Shown: in pieces, positions 1-9,488 of the stretch
Layout: every line of letters begins with the position of its first letter
Position numbering within the stretch: the first letter of the stretch is position 1
Assembly: GCA_964577975.1 (NCBI GenBank)
Contig: CAZOBB010000058.1
Span: 19,367 to 83,366 of the forward strand
DNA from: an uncultured Thermodesulfobacteriota bacterium
GTDB taxonomy: Bacteria; Desulfobacterota; S145-22
Reading direction: 5' to 3'
Length of the DNA stretch: 64,000 bases
Made by a program: the position numbers and the translations under genes
Notes under the pieces: generated by a model
What the model was told of the DNA's origin: nothing
Seen by the model: the letters and a program-made list of their open reading frames with translations, nothing else
Databases searched by the model: none

Positions 1-19
1 TATATAGAAAGGAATTTTT

Positions 20-1090
20 ATGGAATTCTTCAAACCTGGCACAAATATACAATTCGTTCGTGTCCGATTCATTGCTATTACCATTTCGCTTTTGTTAATC
101 CTGGCTGGGATTATTTCTCTTATCATTCATGGCGGTCCCAATTACGGTATAGATTTTCGAGGGGGAACACTCGTTCAAGTCAAGATTCACAAACCCACCG
201 ACATTTCCCACGTCCGATCTGCACTCAAAGACCTTAAACTGGGAGAGGTTGTCATTCAAAGTATCGGGCCAGAGAAAGAAAATGAATATTTGATACGAAT
301 AGAAAAAAGCTCTACCTCTCTGAAAGGGATTTCGGAAATCGTCAAAGAACGGCTCATCAAAAGGTTTGGGAAAGACAAAGTGGAAATACGCCGTGTCGAG
401 ATGGTAGGCCCCAAAGTTGGAAAAGACTTACGACGCAAAGGTATGTGGGCCATCATCTTTTCCATGATCGCCATCCTCATCTACATCACGTGGCGTTTTG
501 AATTCTGGTTTGCCATTGGTGCCATCGTCGCCCTCGCTCACGATGTGATGATCACCATTGGAGTTTTCTCCATCACGAACAAACAAATCAACTTGGCCAT
601 CGTAGCGGCCATCCTTACGATCATCGGTTATTCCCTAAACGACACGATTGTCGTATACGACCGAATCCGCGAAAATATGAAAAAACTCTCCAAGATCTCC
701 TTCCCGGAGTTGGTCAATCAGAGTATCAATGAGACGTTAAGCCGTACGATTCTTACCTCTCTCACAACCCTTATTACCGTCGTCATCCTCTTTTTCGTGG
801 GAGGAGGGGTTATCCACGATTTTGCCTTCGCCTTGATTATCGGAGTCGTGGTAGGTACCTATTCTTCTATCTATATCGCAAGCCCCGTCGTTCTCTTTTT
901 CGAACCGTACGGACGTAACAAAAAAGGGGGAAGGATCGTAAAACGCCCTCCCGCCGCCCCGGCCCCCAAGCCCTCAAAGGTTAAGGTCGCCCCCGTTTCC
1001 GGCACCGCACCCGAGAAGCAAACTCCCGCCGCCAAAACAGGCGCGAAAAAGAAAAAGGGCTCTGGCAAAAAGAAGAAGCGGAAAAAGTAA
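20..1090 (+). CDS. secF: Protein translocase subunit SecF, with an extra Pro/Ala/Lys-rich C-terminal tail
   Basis: Motifs GIDFRGG, VGPKVGKDL, GYSLNDTIVVYDRIREN, SINETLSRT and GTYSSIYIASP; 6-TM layout. Confidence 0.97.
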   Translation: MEFFKPGTNIQFVRVRFIAITISLLLILAGIISLIIHGGPNYGIDFRGGTLVQVKIHKPTDISHVRSALKDLKLGEVVIQSIGPEKENEYLIRIEKSSTSLKGISEIVKERLIKRFGKDKVEIRRVEMVGPKVGKDLRRKGMWAIIFSMIAILIYITWRFEFWFAIGAIVALAHDVMITIGVFSITNKQINLAIVAAILTIIGYSLNDTIVVYDRIRENMKKLSKISFPELVNQSINETLSRTILTSLTTLITVVILFFVGGGVIHDFAFALIIGVVVGTYSSIYIASPVVLFFEPYGRNKKGGRIVKRPPAAPAPKPSKVKVAPVSGTAPEKQTPAAKTGAKKKKGSGKKKKRKK

Positions 1091-1099
1091 GCCCTTAGG

Positions 1100-1618
1100 A
1101 TGGCAAGTATACTAGGGTGGATTGGCTTAGGTTTTTTTCTCCTTGTTTTACTCGGGGGCATGTTATCCATCGCCCTAGGGATTCCAGGAACATGGATCAT
1201 CCTTCTTGATGCCATCGTTTACGCGTGGCTGACCCATTTTAACGTTCTTACATGGTACGGGATTCTCTTTTTGTTTCTTCTTACCATCATTGGTGAAGCC
1301 CTTGAATTTTATCTCAGCATTAAAGGGATTAAGCGCTCCAACCCCTCTAAGGGAGTTGTGCTCGTATCTTTCTTTTGTGGTTTTTTCCTGGCAATCATCA
1401 TGGCCCCCCTCTTTTTCGGCCTGGGAGCCATCCTTGGCGCGTTGCTAGGCACATTCGGTGGCGCTTTCTTAATGGAATACCTTTCCCAGCGGCGAATGGG
1501 ACACGCCATAGATGTAGGACGAAAGGCCTTTGTCGGGCGTCTTCTTGGCTTCCTATCCAAATTCACGATTGCTACCATCATGATCCTTTTCATTGTCACA
1601 CGAATCTTCCTGCATTAG
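1100..1618 (+). CDS. DUF456 (YqgC-like) membrane protein
   Basis: Hydrophobic Gly-rich 172 aa with GIPGTW and GAILGALLGTFGGAFLMEY patterns; 9 nt after secF. Confidence 0.8.
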   Translation: MASILGWIGLGFFLLVLLGGMLSIALGIPGTWIILLDAIVYAWLTHFNVLTWYGILFLFLLTIIGEALEFYLSIKGIKRSNPSKGVVLVSFFCGFFLAIIMAPLFFGLGAILGALLGTFGGAFLMEYLSQRRMGHAIDVGRKAFVGRLLGFLSKFTIATIMILFIVTRIFLH

Positions 1619-1649
1619 CCATCTCCCTTTCACAACTCGAAAATTTTTC

Positions 1650-1678
1650 TTGACATCCCTCCTCTCCTGAATTATAAA
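1650..1678 (+). promoter_or_regulatory. Sigma70-type promoter for the IclR gene
   Basis: TTGACA (1650-1655), 17-nt spacer, TATAAA (1673-1678). Confidence 0.75.
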
Positions 1679-1721
1679 AAATATAAAGCTTTTTTATTTT
1701 TATGCAAGAAAGGGGACGTGA

Positions 1722-2519
1722 ATGCCGAGAATGGGTCGAGAAAAGTCAAGTTATGTGATTCAATCGGTGGTTAACGCGCTGAATCTTTTAGAACAGTTCA
1801 TACATTCCGAAGGAGAATTGGGTGTCACAGAGCTTAGCAAACGTTTAGGGCTTCATAAAAACAATGTTTTCCGTTTGCTGGCGACCTTGGAATCCAAAGG
1901 GTATATCGAACAAAACAAGGCCACGGAAAACTACCGCCTTGGAATAAAAAGCTTGGAATTGGGACAAACCTACATTCACCAGATGGGATTGGTACATCAT
2001 GCCCATCCCATCATGGAAGAACTCGTCAAAAAGTGCAAAGAGAATGTCTATTTGGGCATCGTTCAAGGAAAAGTGGTTGTCTACTTGGACATGGTGGAGG
2101 CAAACCAGGTCGTTCGTGTGGCATCCCGTATCGGACAACAATTGCCTATCCACTGTTCTTCCATCGGAAAGGTGCAAATCGCCTTTATGAGTGAAAGTGA
2201 GCTAGAAAAACTCAAACTAAAAGATACATTGAAAAGATACACACCGAATACAATCACGGATTATGAAAAATTAAAAAAACACCTCGAAGGCATCAGAAAG
2301 GTTGGCTACGCCATTGATAACGGGGAGTATGATGAAGGGGTTCGTTGCGTCGCGGTTCCCATCCGCGATTATACCCGCCAAATCGTTGCTGGTTTGTCCA
2401 TTTCTGGACCCGTTTTCCGGATGACGGATGAAAATCTGGAAAACGTTATTATTCCAGAAGCCGTGAAAGCAGGTAAGGAAATTTCAAGACGATTGGGTTT
2501 TGACATCACCACATACTAA
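1722..2519 (+). CDS. IclR family transcriptional regulator
   Basis: N-terminal HTH (ELGVTELSKRLGLHKNNVFRLLATL) and C-terminal effector domain (HCSSIGK, GYAIDNGEYDEGVRCVAVPI). Confidence 0.95.
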   Translation: MPRMGREKSSYVIQSVVNALNLLEQFIHSEGELGVTELSKRLGLHKNNVFRLLATLESKGYIEQNKATENYRLGIKSLELGQTYIHQMGLVHHAHPIMEELVKKCKENVYLGIVQGKVVVYLDMVEANQVVRVASRIGQQLPIHCSSIGKVQIAFMSESELEKLKLKDTLKRYTPNTITDYEKLKKHLEGIRKVGYAIDNGEYDEGVRCVAVPIRDYTRQIVAGLSISGPVFRMTDENLENVIIPEAVKAGKEISRRLGFDITTY

Positions 2520-2602
2520 CCCTTCTGTCATCTTGAGATTAAAGCGCGTGAAATGCCAGTAAAGATAGGTGACAGGAAAAACCTTTAAAGGAGGAAAGCC
2601 GA

Positions 2603-2812
2603 ATGTCATCACGAGTCGCGAGAGTCACAGAAATCATTGCCGCTTCCCCAAACAGCTTTGATGATGCCATCAAGATAGGGTTTGAGCGGGCCACGAAAAC
2701 CTTACGGGGGATCACGGGACTGAAGGTTGTAGAATTCAAGATTGCGGTAGAAGATGCCAAGATTGTGGAATACCGTGTTAGAATGGAGGTCATTTTCATT
2801 CTTGAAAACTGA
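2603..2812 (+). CDS. Dodecin family flavin-binding protein
   Basis: 69 aa, EIIAASPNSFDDAI..G.ERA.KTLRGI...EYRV pattern; SD GAGGA upstream. Confidence 0.88.
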   Translation: MSSRVARVTEIIAASPNSFDDAIKIGFERATKTLRGITGLKVVEFKIAVEDAKIVEYRVRMEVIFILEN

Positions 2813-2819
2813 ATCTTTT

Positions 2820-4481
2820 CTACGTTCGCCGATAAGAATAGACTAGGAGATCCTGATTCCCCAAGGTGTTCGTGTATCGATAGACTTCCTGATAACCAAA
2901 TTTTTTCAAAAGATTAAGAAAGGAAGGGGCCGTTGCGGCTTCCTTTCTTTTCAAGATGACGAAGGCGATTTTGTGACGCCGCAAGGCATCTACGTCTTCT
3001 TCCCTCACCCTGTAAAACGGAATGGAATGGCATCCCGCGTAGTATCCAATCCGAATCATAGAGGTCAAAATAACGCAGTCGGTTTGTGAAGGCTTTCTCT
3101 TTTTAATCCAAGCCCCAACTATCTTTCTCCCCACTTTCTCCACGCGATACGGCTTGGTTCCTTTCACTACCGTGACGACAAGAACAAGCGAAAGGAGGAT
3201 CGAACCAAAGATCTTCTGATCGAAAAATTGTGAAGCGATCCGGCGATCGAGCATATCACACACATAGGTAAAACCTATTGCTGCCCATCCAAACCAAAAA
3301 ACTATCGCGGCACAATAATGACGCCGGCTCACATATCCATATCCCGACAAAAGGGCGCTCAACATCCCCCAATAGAGCAATGAAAAGATTACGATAAAGG
3401 TATCGAATTTGTTCCATGGAAACCGATTCAAGTAAAAAAGGCGAAACACAACAAAAATACCAATAGGCAAGAACATGGCATGAAAAAAGCCAAAGGCGGT
3501 AATCGCCATTGATTTGAGAAAGATAACGAGGAATCCCACCACAGAACTCGGTGTCTCCACATGGGGCACATACCGGCGTCCCAGGGCTTGGCGGATTCTG
3601 TCGGCTTGCTCCCACTCCCACTTGCTTCGATTCCTTAAGAATTCCGCTCTCTTTTTATCAACCCCCTTCGGGAGTGTTTTGACCATTGGCCCCTCAATCT
3701 GCTGCCCTTTTTTGACCACCCCCGACTCTCCATACGCATGACGGACAAACGTTTCAATCTTCTTCTTTTTTGTTAGAATCCATTCTCCCGACTCTCGATG
3801 CAGATACACCATATACGGGGCGGCCACGCAGGAAACGCTCACCAAAAAGACGACTAATCCCCACCCCCACCTTTTCAACGAGGTCCACTCCGTGACAACA
3901 AGCCACACAACCCCCGCCACCCCAACAACAAGCCCCTCTGGACGTGTCAGATACGCCAAGCCCACGGATACTCCCGCCATGGCAAACCACCCCAGCGCCA
4001 TTCTGGAGGAAACGGCTAAAAGGAAAAGGGCCACCGCCCACGCCACGAAAAAAAGATACAGCGGTTCCGTCAGAATATCCGCCGCATACCTCACAAGATA
4101 AGGAGAAACACAAAAGAACAAAAGCCCCAAAAAAACGATGCGTTCATTTCTGTATCTATAGAAAAGAATCACCAAAGCAGGGACAGTCAAAGCACTCGCA
4201 ACCAGGGACACTCCCATGGCTGCATGTTCCAAAGAGCCTCCCCCTATTTTTGCCATACCGGCTATCATCATAGGATATAGAGGATGGTAAGGATGAGCCA
4301 GGGCTTTTTCTATCTGCCCTGTCAACCAATATCTTGCCAGCTCGATATAGGTCAGGCTATCCCTCGAAACCAAGGCCGTGTTGATCCACGACACAAGCCG
4401 CACGAGCACCAAGACAGCAATACTCCCACTCACCAGGCTACGCCTCGAAAGACTCGCGCGATCCCCGCTTTCAATACGCAT
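2820..4481 (-). CDS. GT-C fold (GT39/ArnT/PMT-like) membrane glycosyltransferase
   Basis: Multiple TM segments; RDSLTYIELA...YHPLYP, ILTEPLY and LAYLTRPEG motifs typical of PMT_2/ArnT-like enzymes. Confidence 0.8.
   Translation of the reverse strand: MRIESGDRASLSRRSLVSGSIAVLVLVRLVSWINTALVSRDSLTYIELARYWLTGQIEKALAHPYHPLYPMMIAGMAKIGGGSLEHAAMGVSLVASALTVPALVILFYRYRNERIVFLGLLFFCVSPYLVRYAADILTEPLYLFFVAWAVALFLLAVSSRMALGWFAMAGVSVGLAYLTRPEGLVVGVAGVVWLVVTEWTSLKRWGWGLVVFLVSVSCVAAPYMVYLHRESGEWILTKKKKIETFVRHAYGESGVVKKGQQIEGPMVKTLPKGVDKKRAEFLRNRSKWEWEQADRIRQALGRRYVPHVETPSSVVGFLVIFLKSMAITAFGFFHAMFLPIGIFVVFRLFYLNRFPWNKFDTFIVIFSLLYWGMLSALLSGYGYVSRRHYCAAIVFWFGWAAIGFTYVCDMLDRRIASQFFDQKIFGSILLSLVLVVTVVKGTKPYRVEKVGRKIVGAWIKKRKPSQTDCVILTSMIRIGYYAGCHSIPFYRVREEDVDALRRHKIAFVILKRKEAATAPSFLNLLKKFGYQEVYRYTNTLGNQDLLVYSYRRT
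2916..2951 (+). terminator. Probable intrinsic terminator of the IclR-dodecin transcript, embedded in the antisense GT-C gene
   Basis: AAGAAAGGAA-GGG-GCCG-TTG-CGGC-TTCCTTTCTT-TT: 14-bp bulged stem with a pyrimidine/U-rich 3' arm about 100 nt after the dodecin stop. Confidence 0.5.
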
Positions 4482-5862
4482 TCTTGAAACCTTTGATCAA
4501 AGTAAAAAAGAGAATCTTGATGTCGAACCAAAGGGACCAGTTCTCGATGTAATAAAGGTCATACTCCAGCCGTTTTTGTAGGGATGTCCGCCCACGATAA
4601 CCATTGACTTGGGCCCACCCCGTAATCCCCGTTTTGACCTTGTGCCGTAACATATAGCGGGGAATCTCGTTTTTGAATTTTTCTATAAAAACAGGTCGCT
4701 CCGGGCGAGGCCCCACCAAACTCATCTCTCCTTTCAGGACATTGAAAAACTGGGGAAGCTCGTCCAGGTTCCACCGTCGCATGAACGCACCGATTCGCGT
4801 CGTTCGCGGGTCGTTTTCCCTCGCCCAAACCGCACCCGTTTCTTTTTCCGCGTCCACGACCATGGACCGAAATTTCAAAATGATAAAACGCTGCCCATCA
4901 TATCCCATTCTTTCCTGCCGGTAGAAGACCGGTCCCTTCGATGTCAACTTCACCCCCAACGCCAACACAAGAAAAAGGGGGGACAAACAAATAATGGCAA
5001 CGGCAGAAACCACGACATCCATTATTCTTTTACCAATCCTCCCCCACCCGTAGAGAGGCGAGGCGCTGACGTTTATGATTGGAATCCCATCCAAATCTTC
5101 TATGCTCGCGTTCAAGATATAGAATCTTAAAAAATCCGGGACAATATGTATATCCACCAATTCCTCTCGGATTCCCTCCATCAATTCTTTGAGATACAGC
5201 TGATCCTCCAGGGGAAGGGCAAAAATCACATGCTTGATGTGATACGCCTGCACGATCTCAGGTAAGGCCTCATACGTGCCAAGAACCGGAACGTCTCCCC
5301 CTAGAGATTCTTCTTTTTCCCCCTTTCTCGTCAGAAAGCCAACGACCTTCAATCCTAGCTCCGGCTTTTCCTTCAAATACGACGCCACGCGCCCCCCCAT
5401 TTCCCCCCTTCCCACGATGAGAAGGGAGTCTTTCGCCTGTTTTCCAATGTGTCTCGCGATCTGTATCAAAACGAGACGATCAGCCGTAAGCAAAAGGAGG
5501 TTCAAAAAGACAAAATAGAACAGAACCACGCGGGAATATTTATACTCTCTAAAGAAATAGGCCACCGCCACGAACAACAAAAGGTGGAGAGAAACGGCCT
5601 TTAGAACGTTGAAAAAAACTTTTTTGTAGTTTCTTAAAAGAGAAGTCTCTCCAATCCTCGCATAATGAAAAACGGCAAGCCACGTGACCACAATGGCCAC
5701 GATCAATACCGCATAATCCCCAAAGGGGGGAATCCCTTTCGTTATGGGAACAATTGGAAAATAAAATCGTAGATAATAGGCGCCAATCCATGAAAGACTC
5801 AAGAGGAGAATATCGACGATGAGTAAAAGTCCTACCCAGATTTCTTTTCGTTTATCAATCAT
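4471..5862 (-). CDS. wcaJ: Undecaprenyl-phosphate glucose phosphotransferase (WcaJ-type priming glycosyltransferase)
   Basis: N-terminal TMs, Rossmann-like middle domain, C-terminal sugar transferase domain (KFRSM, LDELPQFFNVLKGEMSLVGPRPER, GITGWAQVNG, DLYYIENWS). Confidence 0.9.
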   Translation of the reverse strand: MIDKRKEIWVGLLLIVDILLLSLSWIGAYYLRFYFPIVPITKGIPPFGDYAVLIVAIVVTWLAVFHYARIGETSLLRNYKKVFFNVLKAVSLHLLLFVAVAYFFREYKYSRVVLFYFVFLNLLLLTADRLVLIQIARHIGKQAKDSLLIVGRGEMGGRVASYLKEKPELGLKVVGFLTRKGEKEESLGGDVPVLGTYEALPEIVQAYHIKHVIFALPLEDQLYLKELMEGIREELVDIHIVPDFLRFYILNASIEDLDGIPIINVSASPLYGWGRIGKRIMDVVVSAVAIICLSPLFLVLALGVKLTSKGPVFYRQERMGYDGQRFIILKFRSMVVDAEKETGAVWARENDPRTTRIGAFMRRWNLDELPQFFNVLKGEMSLVGPRPERPVFIEKFKNEIPRYMLRHKVKTGITGWAQVNGYRGRTSLQKRLEYDLYYIENWSLWFDIKILFFTLIKGFKNAY

Positions 5863-6982
5863 TTTTTATCTTTCTCTCTCCGTATATCCGCTGCACCACC
5901 TCCTTGAATTCCTTCATAAAGACGGTGGTATCAAAACGTAAAGCGTTGGCACGGATCGCTTCTTGCGAATAGTCTTGCTCAACATCCTCAAACCGACGTA
6001 CCGCCTCTATAATCGCCTCCGAAGTAGGTTCATTGAAGAAAAGCCCCGTCCCCGGATTCTCTCTGTCCCGATACGGGACGACCGATTCCAAGACCCCTCC
6101 GCGAGCCAAGGCGATAACGGGACGACCCGAAGCCTGAACCTCCACGGGAATCATCCCGAAATCCTCCACCCCAGGGAAGATGAGGGCTCGACAACGTGCA
6201 TACACCGAACGAAGCTCTCGGTCTGGCAGCCATCCCATAAATTCGATATTCTTTCCCCCCAACATTTTCAATCTCTTTTCTTCCGGGCCCTTCCCCACCA
6301 CGATCAGACGACGTCCCAGCCCGTTAAAGGCACGGATCGCATAATCGAGGCGTTTATACGGAGCGAAAGCCGACACCATAAGATAATAATCGTCCACGGA
6401 ATCAGATACATGGAAAAGACTACAATCCACGGGAGGGTAAACGACATCGGCGGGACGGTGATAATACATACCGATACGCCGCCTTACATACTTAGATATT
6501 GCAACAAAATGTGACACCCTTTGGGAGGAGGTAACATCCCACATGCGAAGATAGTGGAGAACGGGTCGTATGATGGCCGATTTCACGCGCCCAGCCCTCC
6601 CAAAATAATCAAAGCGCCGGTCCCAGATATACCGCATCGGGGTAAAGCAATAGGAGATATGAACCGTTTCAGGATCGGGAATAATCCCTTTCGCCACACA
6701 ATGGCTGGTACTAATGATCAGATCATACTCCCCTCTTAACCTCAAAGATTCGATGGCCAAGGGATAAAAAGGGAGATAGCTCCGATAATGCTTTCTGACA
6801 AAGGGAAATCTTTGTAAAAACGATGTGGTGATGTCATGCTTCTCAATGAGAGGGCTAATCGTCCCCTCAAAATGAAAGAGGGTATAGATATCCGCTTCAG
6901 GAAACAAACGACACAGATGTTCAAGACACCGCTCCCCCCCTCGCATTCCTGTTAACCAGTCGTGAACTAGCGCAACCTTCAC
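5855..6982 (-). CDS. Glycosyltransferase family 4
   Basis: VALVHDWLTGMRGGE N-terminus and EDFGMIPVEVQASG (E-x7-E) motif; GTG start. Confidence 0.92.
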   Translation of the reverse strand: MKVALVHDWLTGMRGGERCLEHLCRLFPEADIYTLFHFEGTISPLIEKHDITTSFLQRFPFVRKHYRSYLPFYPLAIESLRLRGEYDLIISTSHCVAKGIIPDPETVHISYCFTPMRYIWDRRFDYFGRAGRVKSAIIRPVLHYLRMWDVTSSQRVSHFVAISKYVRRRIGMYYHRPADVVYPPVDCSLFHVSDSVDDYYLMVSAFAPYKRLDYAIRAFNGLGRRLIVVGKGPEEKRLKMLGGKNIEFMGWLPDRELRSVYARCRALIFPGVEDFGMIPVEVQASGRPVIALARGGVLESVVPYRDRENPGTGLFFNEPTSEAIIEAVRRFEDVEQDYSQEAIRANALRFDTTVFMKEFKEVVQRIYGERKIKND

Positions 6983-7045
6983 CTCTTCGTCTTACCTCCC
7001 CTTACTTCTAGATATATACCAGATTTCCTGGGAATCTGAAACCGA

Positions 7046-8137
7046 TTAAGACAGAACTCTTTGAAATATCTCAATATGTTTTGCTATCGAAGCTTCCCAC
7101 CGGAATTCCGCCGCTTTCTGTTTACCCCTTTCCCCCCATTCCCTACGAAACTCCTCCCTTTCCACCATCATTCGAACGGCTTCATAAAATTCTTTGGAAT
7201 CTCCCCGACGCACAAGAAGCCCTCCCTCCCCGACTACCTCCGGCAAAGAAGCCACCCTAAATGCCACAACAGGTGTGCCACATGCCATCGCCTCCAATGG
7301 AGGAAAACCAAATCCCTCATAAAGCGAAGGAAAGACAAAACAGAGAGCATTACGATATCCCACCCGAAGCGCCTCATTATCAAGGGTTCCAAGAAATCGA
7401 ACGCGTTCTTGAATCCCTCGCCGCCGTATTTCGCGAAGAAGATTCCCCCCTTCTTCCGTCTCGTCACCCGTGAGACAGAGATAGAGATCGGAAAATCGTT
7501 CGAAAAGTTTTTGGCAAATCTCCAAGAGCTGAAAAAGATTCTTATGGGATTTATGATTCCCCACATAAAAAAGGTATCGTTCGGGCAATTTCAACCTTCG
7601 TACAATTCCTTCTTCCCCCTCTATTGGCCCACCGGAAAAGGATGCTTCCAACCCATGAGGAATGGCATAGATCTTTCCTGAGGCCTGAGGGAAAAAACGT
7701 AGTATCTCACGCCGCGAAAACTCGGAGGGAGTCAAAATGACCCTCGCCGTTCGAATCGCGTGTCCCATTTGAGTCAACGCATATCCCCTATGGAAAAGGC
7801 TTTTGGGAAAAACAAGGTGGATCACATCATGGATCATCACGGCTAGAGGCATCTTCAACCCAATGGGGACCACATAATGGGGTGAAAAGAAAAGGTCTAA
7901 ATCCGCCTCGTTTATCTTTCGACGCAAAGAAACCTGCTCAAAAAACCTATACGGTACCGCTTTCTCGACGTGACGCACTACCTTATTGTGCTCACCTTTC
8001 AAGAAAGGATCTCCCGGTCTATGCCAGAGATGTATCTTTTGGACAACACCAAGGGGCAGTAATCCTTCTACCAGATTCCGGATATATCTACCAATCCCTC
8101 CATCCCATGCCTTTCTGACATCAATACCGAGTCGCAC
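7046..8137 (-). CDS. Glycosyltransferase family 4
   Basis: [18 protein letters not shown] and [18 protein letters not shown] motifs; GTG start. Confidence 0.92.
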   Translation of the reverse strand: MRLGIDVRKAWDGGIGRYIRNLVEGLLPLGVVQKIHLWHRPGDPFLKGEHNKVVRHVEKAVPYRFFEQVSLRRKINEADLDLFFSPHYVVPIGLKMPLAVMIHDVIHLVFPKSLFHRGYALTQMGHAIRTARVILTPSEFSRREILRFFPQASGKIYAIPHGLEASFSGGPIEGEEGIVRRLKLPERYLFYVGNHKSHKNLFQLLEICQKLFERFSDLYLCLTGDETEEGGNLLREIRRRGIQERVRFLGTLDNEALRVGYRNALCFVFPSLYEGFGFPPLEAMACGTPVVAFRVASLPEVVGEGGLLVRRGDSKEFYEAVRMMVEREEFRREWGERGKQKAAEFRWEASIAKHIEIFQRVLS

Positions 8138-8143
8138 CTTGTC

Positions 8144-9271
8144 TTATCCTACCATTTCATAGACATCCAACGTCTTTCTCGCCGTCTTCTCCCAAGAGAA
8201 ATTTCTCGCCTGATGAAACCCTTTCTCCCTGAGGGCTTCTTTCAAAGTGTCATCATACGCCAATGTCATCATCTTTTCTGCAATATCATCCGGATTGTGT
8301 GGATTCACATATAACGCTGCTTCTCCAGCCACTTCCGGCAGAGAGGCCACGCGTGAGGTTATCACGGGCACCCCACACCGCATCGCTTCCAAAATAGGAA
8401 GACCGAACCCCTCATACACCGAGGGAAAAATAAAGAAATCCGCTCCACTATACAAAACGGGCATATCATCATCGGACACGTAGCCTGTAAAAACAACGTT
8501 ACTGGAGAACTCTGCCTTTTTTAGCGTGTCAAATATCTCACTATACAACCATCCTCGCTTTCCCACCACAACCAATTGAAAATCATTATGTAACTTGTCC
8601 CATATTCGATCACACGCCCGAAAGAGGTTAACAAGGTTTTTCCTCGGCTCGATGTTCCCTACGTGGAGAAAATACCTCTTTTTAATTCCATACTTCAATT
8701 TCAAGGCATTAATACGTTCATTGTCATCAACAGGTCGAAAATGGTCTGATACCGAATTTGGAACCGCAAAAATCCGTCCTTCATCGACCTTAAACTGCTG
8801 AATAATCTCATGACGGATGAACTCGGAGACCGTGATGATAGCATCTGCCCGCCGAATCATAAGATGAATCAAAAAACGCATATAATACGCATACTTCGTG
8901 GGAATCGTATGGGGATGATGAAAGGCGACTAGATCGTGAATGGTAGAAACAGATTTGAACCCTTTATGGAAAGGGGGAGCCATAAAAGCAGGGCCATGAA
9001 ACAGATTAACCCCCCTTTTCCTCAATTCCTTTGGAAGCAAAAAAAACTCCCAGGGGTCACCAAAAATATGATTCTCATTCGAGAAAGGGGCCTGGTACAC
9101 CTCGAACTGGTCAAAAAAGGTGGGGGCATTTTTAAGTTGCCCACGGGTAACCATCAACCCATACTGGTTTCTTCCATCAATCGTTTTCAGTCCACGGATA
9201 AGCTGGGTAACATGATTTCCCACACCCGACTGGCGGATGTCCACACTTCTCGCATCAATCACAATCTTCAT
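8144..9271 (-). CDS. Glycosyltransferase family 4
   Basis: MKIVIDAR start, VGNIEPRKN and PSVYEGFGLPILEAMRCG motifs. Confidence 0.93.
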   Translation of the reverse strand: MKIVIDARSVDIRQSGVGNHVTQLIRGLKTIDGRNQYGLMVTRGQLKNAPTFFDQFEVYQAPFSNENHIFGDPWEFFLLPKELRKRGVNLFHGPAFMAPPFHKGFKSVSTIHDLVAFHHPHTIPTKYAYYMRFLIHLMIRRADAIITVSEFIRHEIIQQFKVDEGRIFAVPNSVSDHFRPVDDNERINALKLKYGIKKRYFLHVGNIEPRKNLVNLFRACDRIWDKLHNDFQLVVVGKRGWLYSEIFDTLKKAEFSSNVVFTGYVSDDDMPVLYSGADFFIFPSVYEGFGLPILEAMRCGVPVITSRVASLPEVAGEAALYVNPHNPDDIAEKMMTLAYDDTLKEALREKGFHQARNFSWEKTARKTLDVYEMVG

Positions 9272-9281
9272 AATCTACCGG

Positions 9282-9311
9282 AAGATACAACTTAGCTTCG
9301 TGAAATGTCAA
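9282..9311 (-). promoter_or_regulatory. Sigma70-type promoter of the glycosylation operon
   Basis: Minus strand TTGACA (9311-9306), 18-nt spacer, TATCTT (9287-9282). Confidence 0.55.
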
Positions 9312-9407
9312 TGCACCTCTTTCGAGGGTAATTTTTCTACTCCCCCTGTTTCCCAAAAAAACCGCTAGAAACCTGATTCAAACAAGATATTTCTTCCATT
9401 TTTTTTC

Positions 9408-9436
9408 TTGACAAATCCCAAAAAAGATGATTTATT
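9408..9436 (+). promoter_or_regulatory. Probable dcw (mraZ) promoter
   Basis: TTGACA at 9408-9413, 17-nt spacer, TTTATT preceded by a TG extended -10 element. Confidence 0.5.
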
Positions 9437-9445
9437 ACCCTTGAA

Positions 9446-9470
9446 GTGGGGAAAAGTGGGGAAAAGTGGT
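9446..9470 (+). repeat. MraZ operator: three direct GTGG(G/T) repeats (DCW boxes)
   Basis: GTGGG-GAAAA-GTGGG-GAAAA-GTGGT with 10-bp period directly upstream of mraZ, matching the established MraZ-binding architecture. Confidence 0.88.
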
Positions 9471-9488
9471 AAAAAATGAGGGAATGGG

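Noticed and set aside
9446-9470. Tandem repeat as a CRISPR or VNTR
   Set aside because: Only three 10-bp units without spacers, matching the known MraZ operator.
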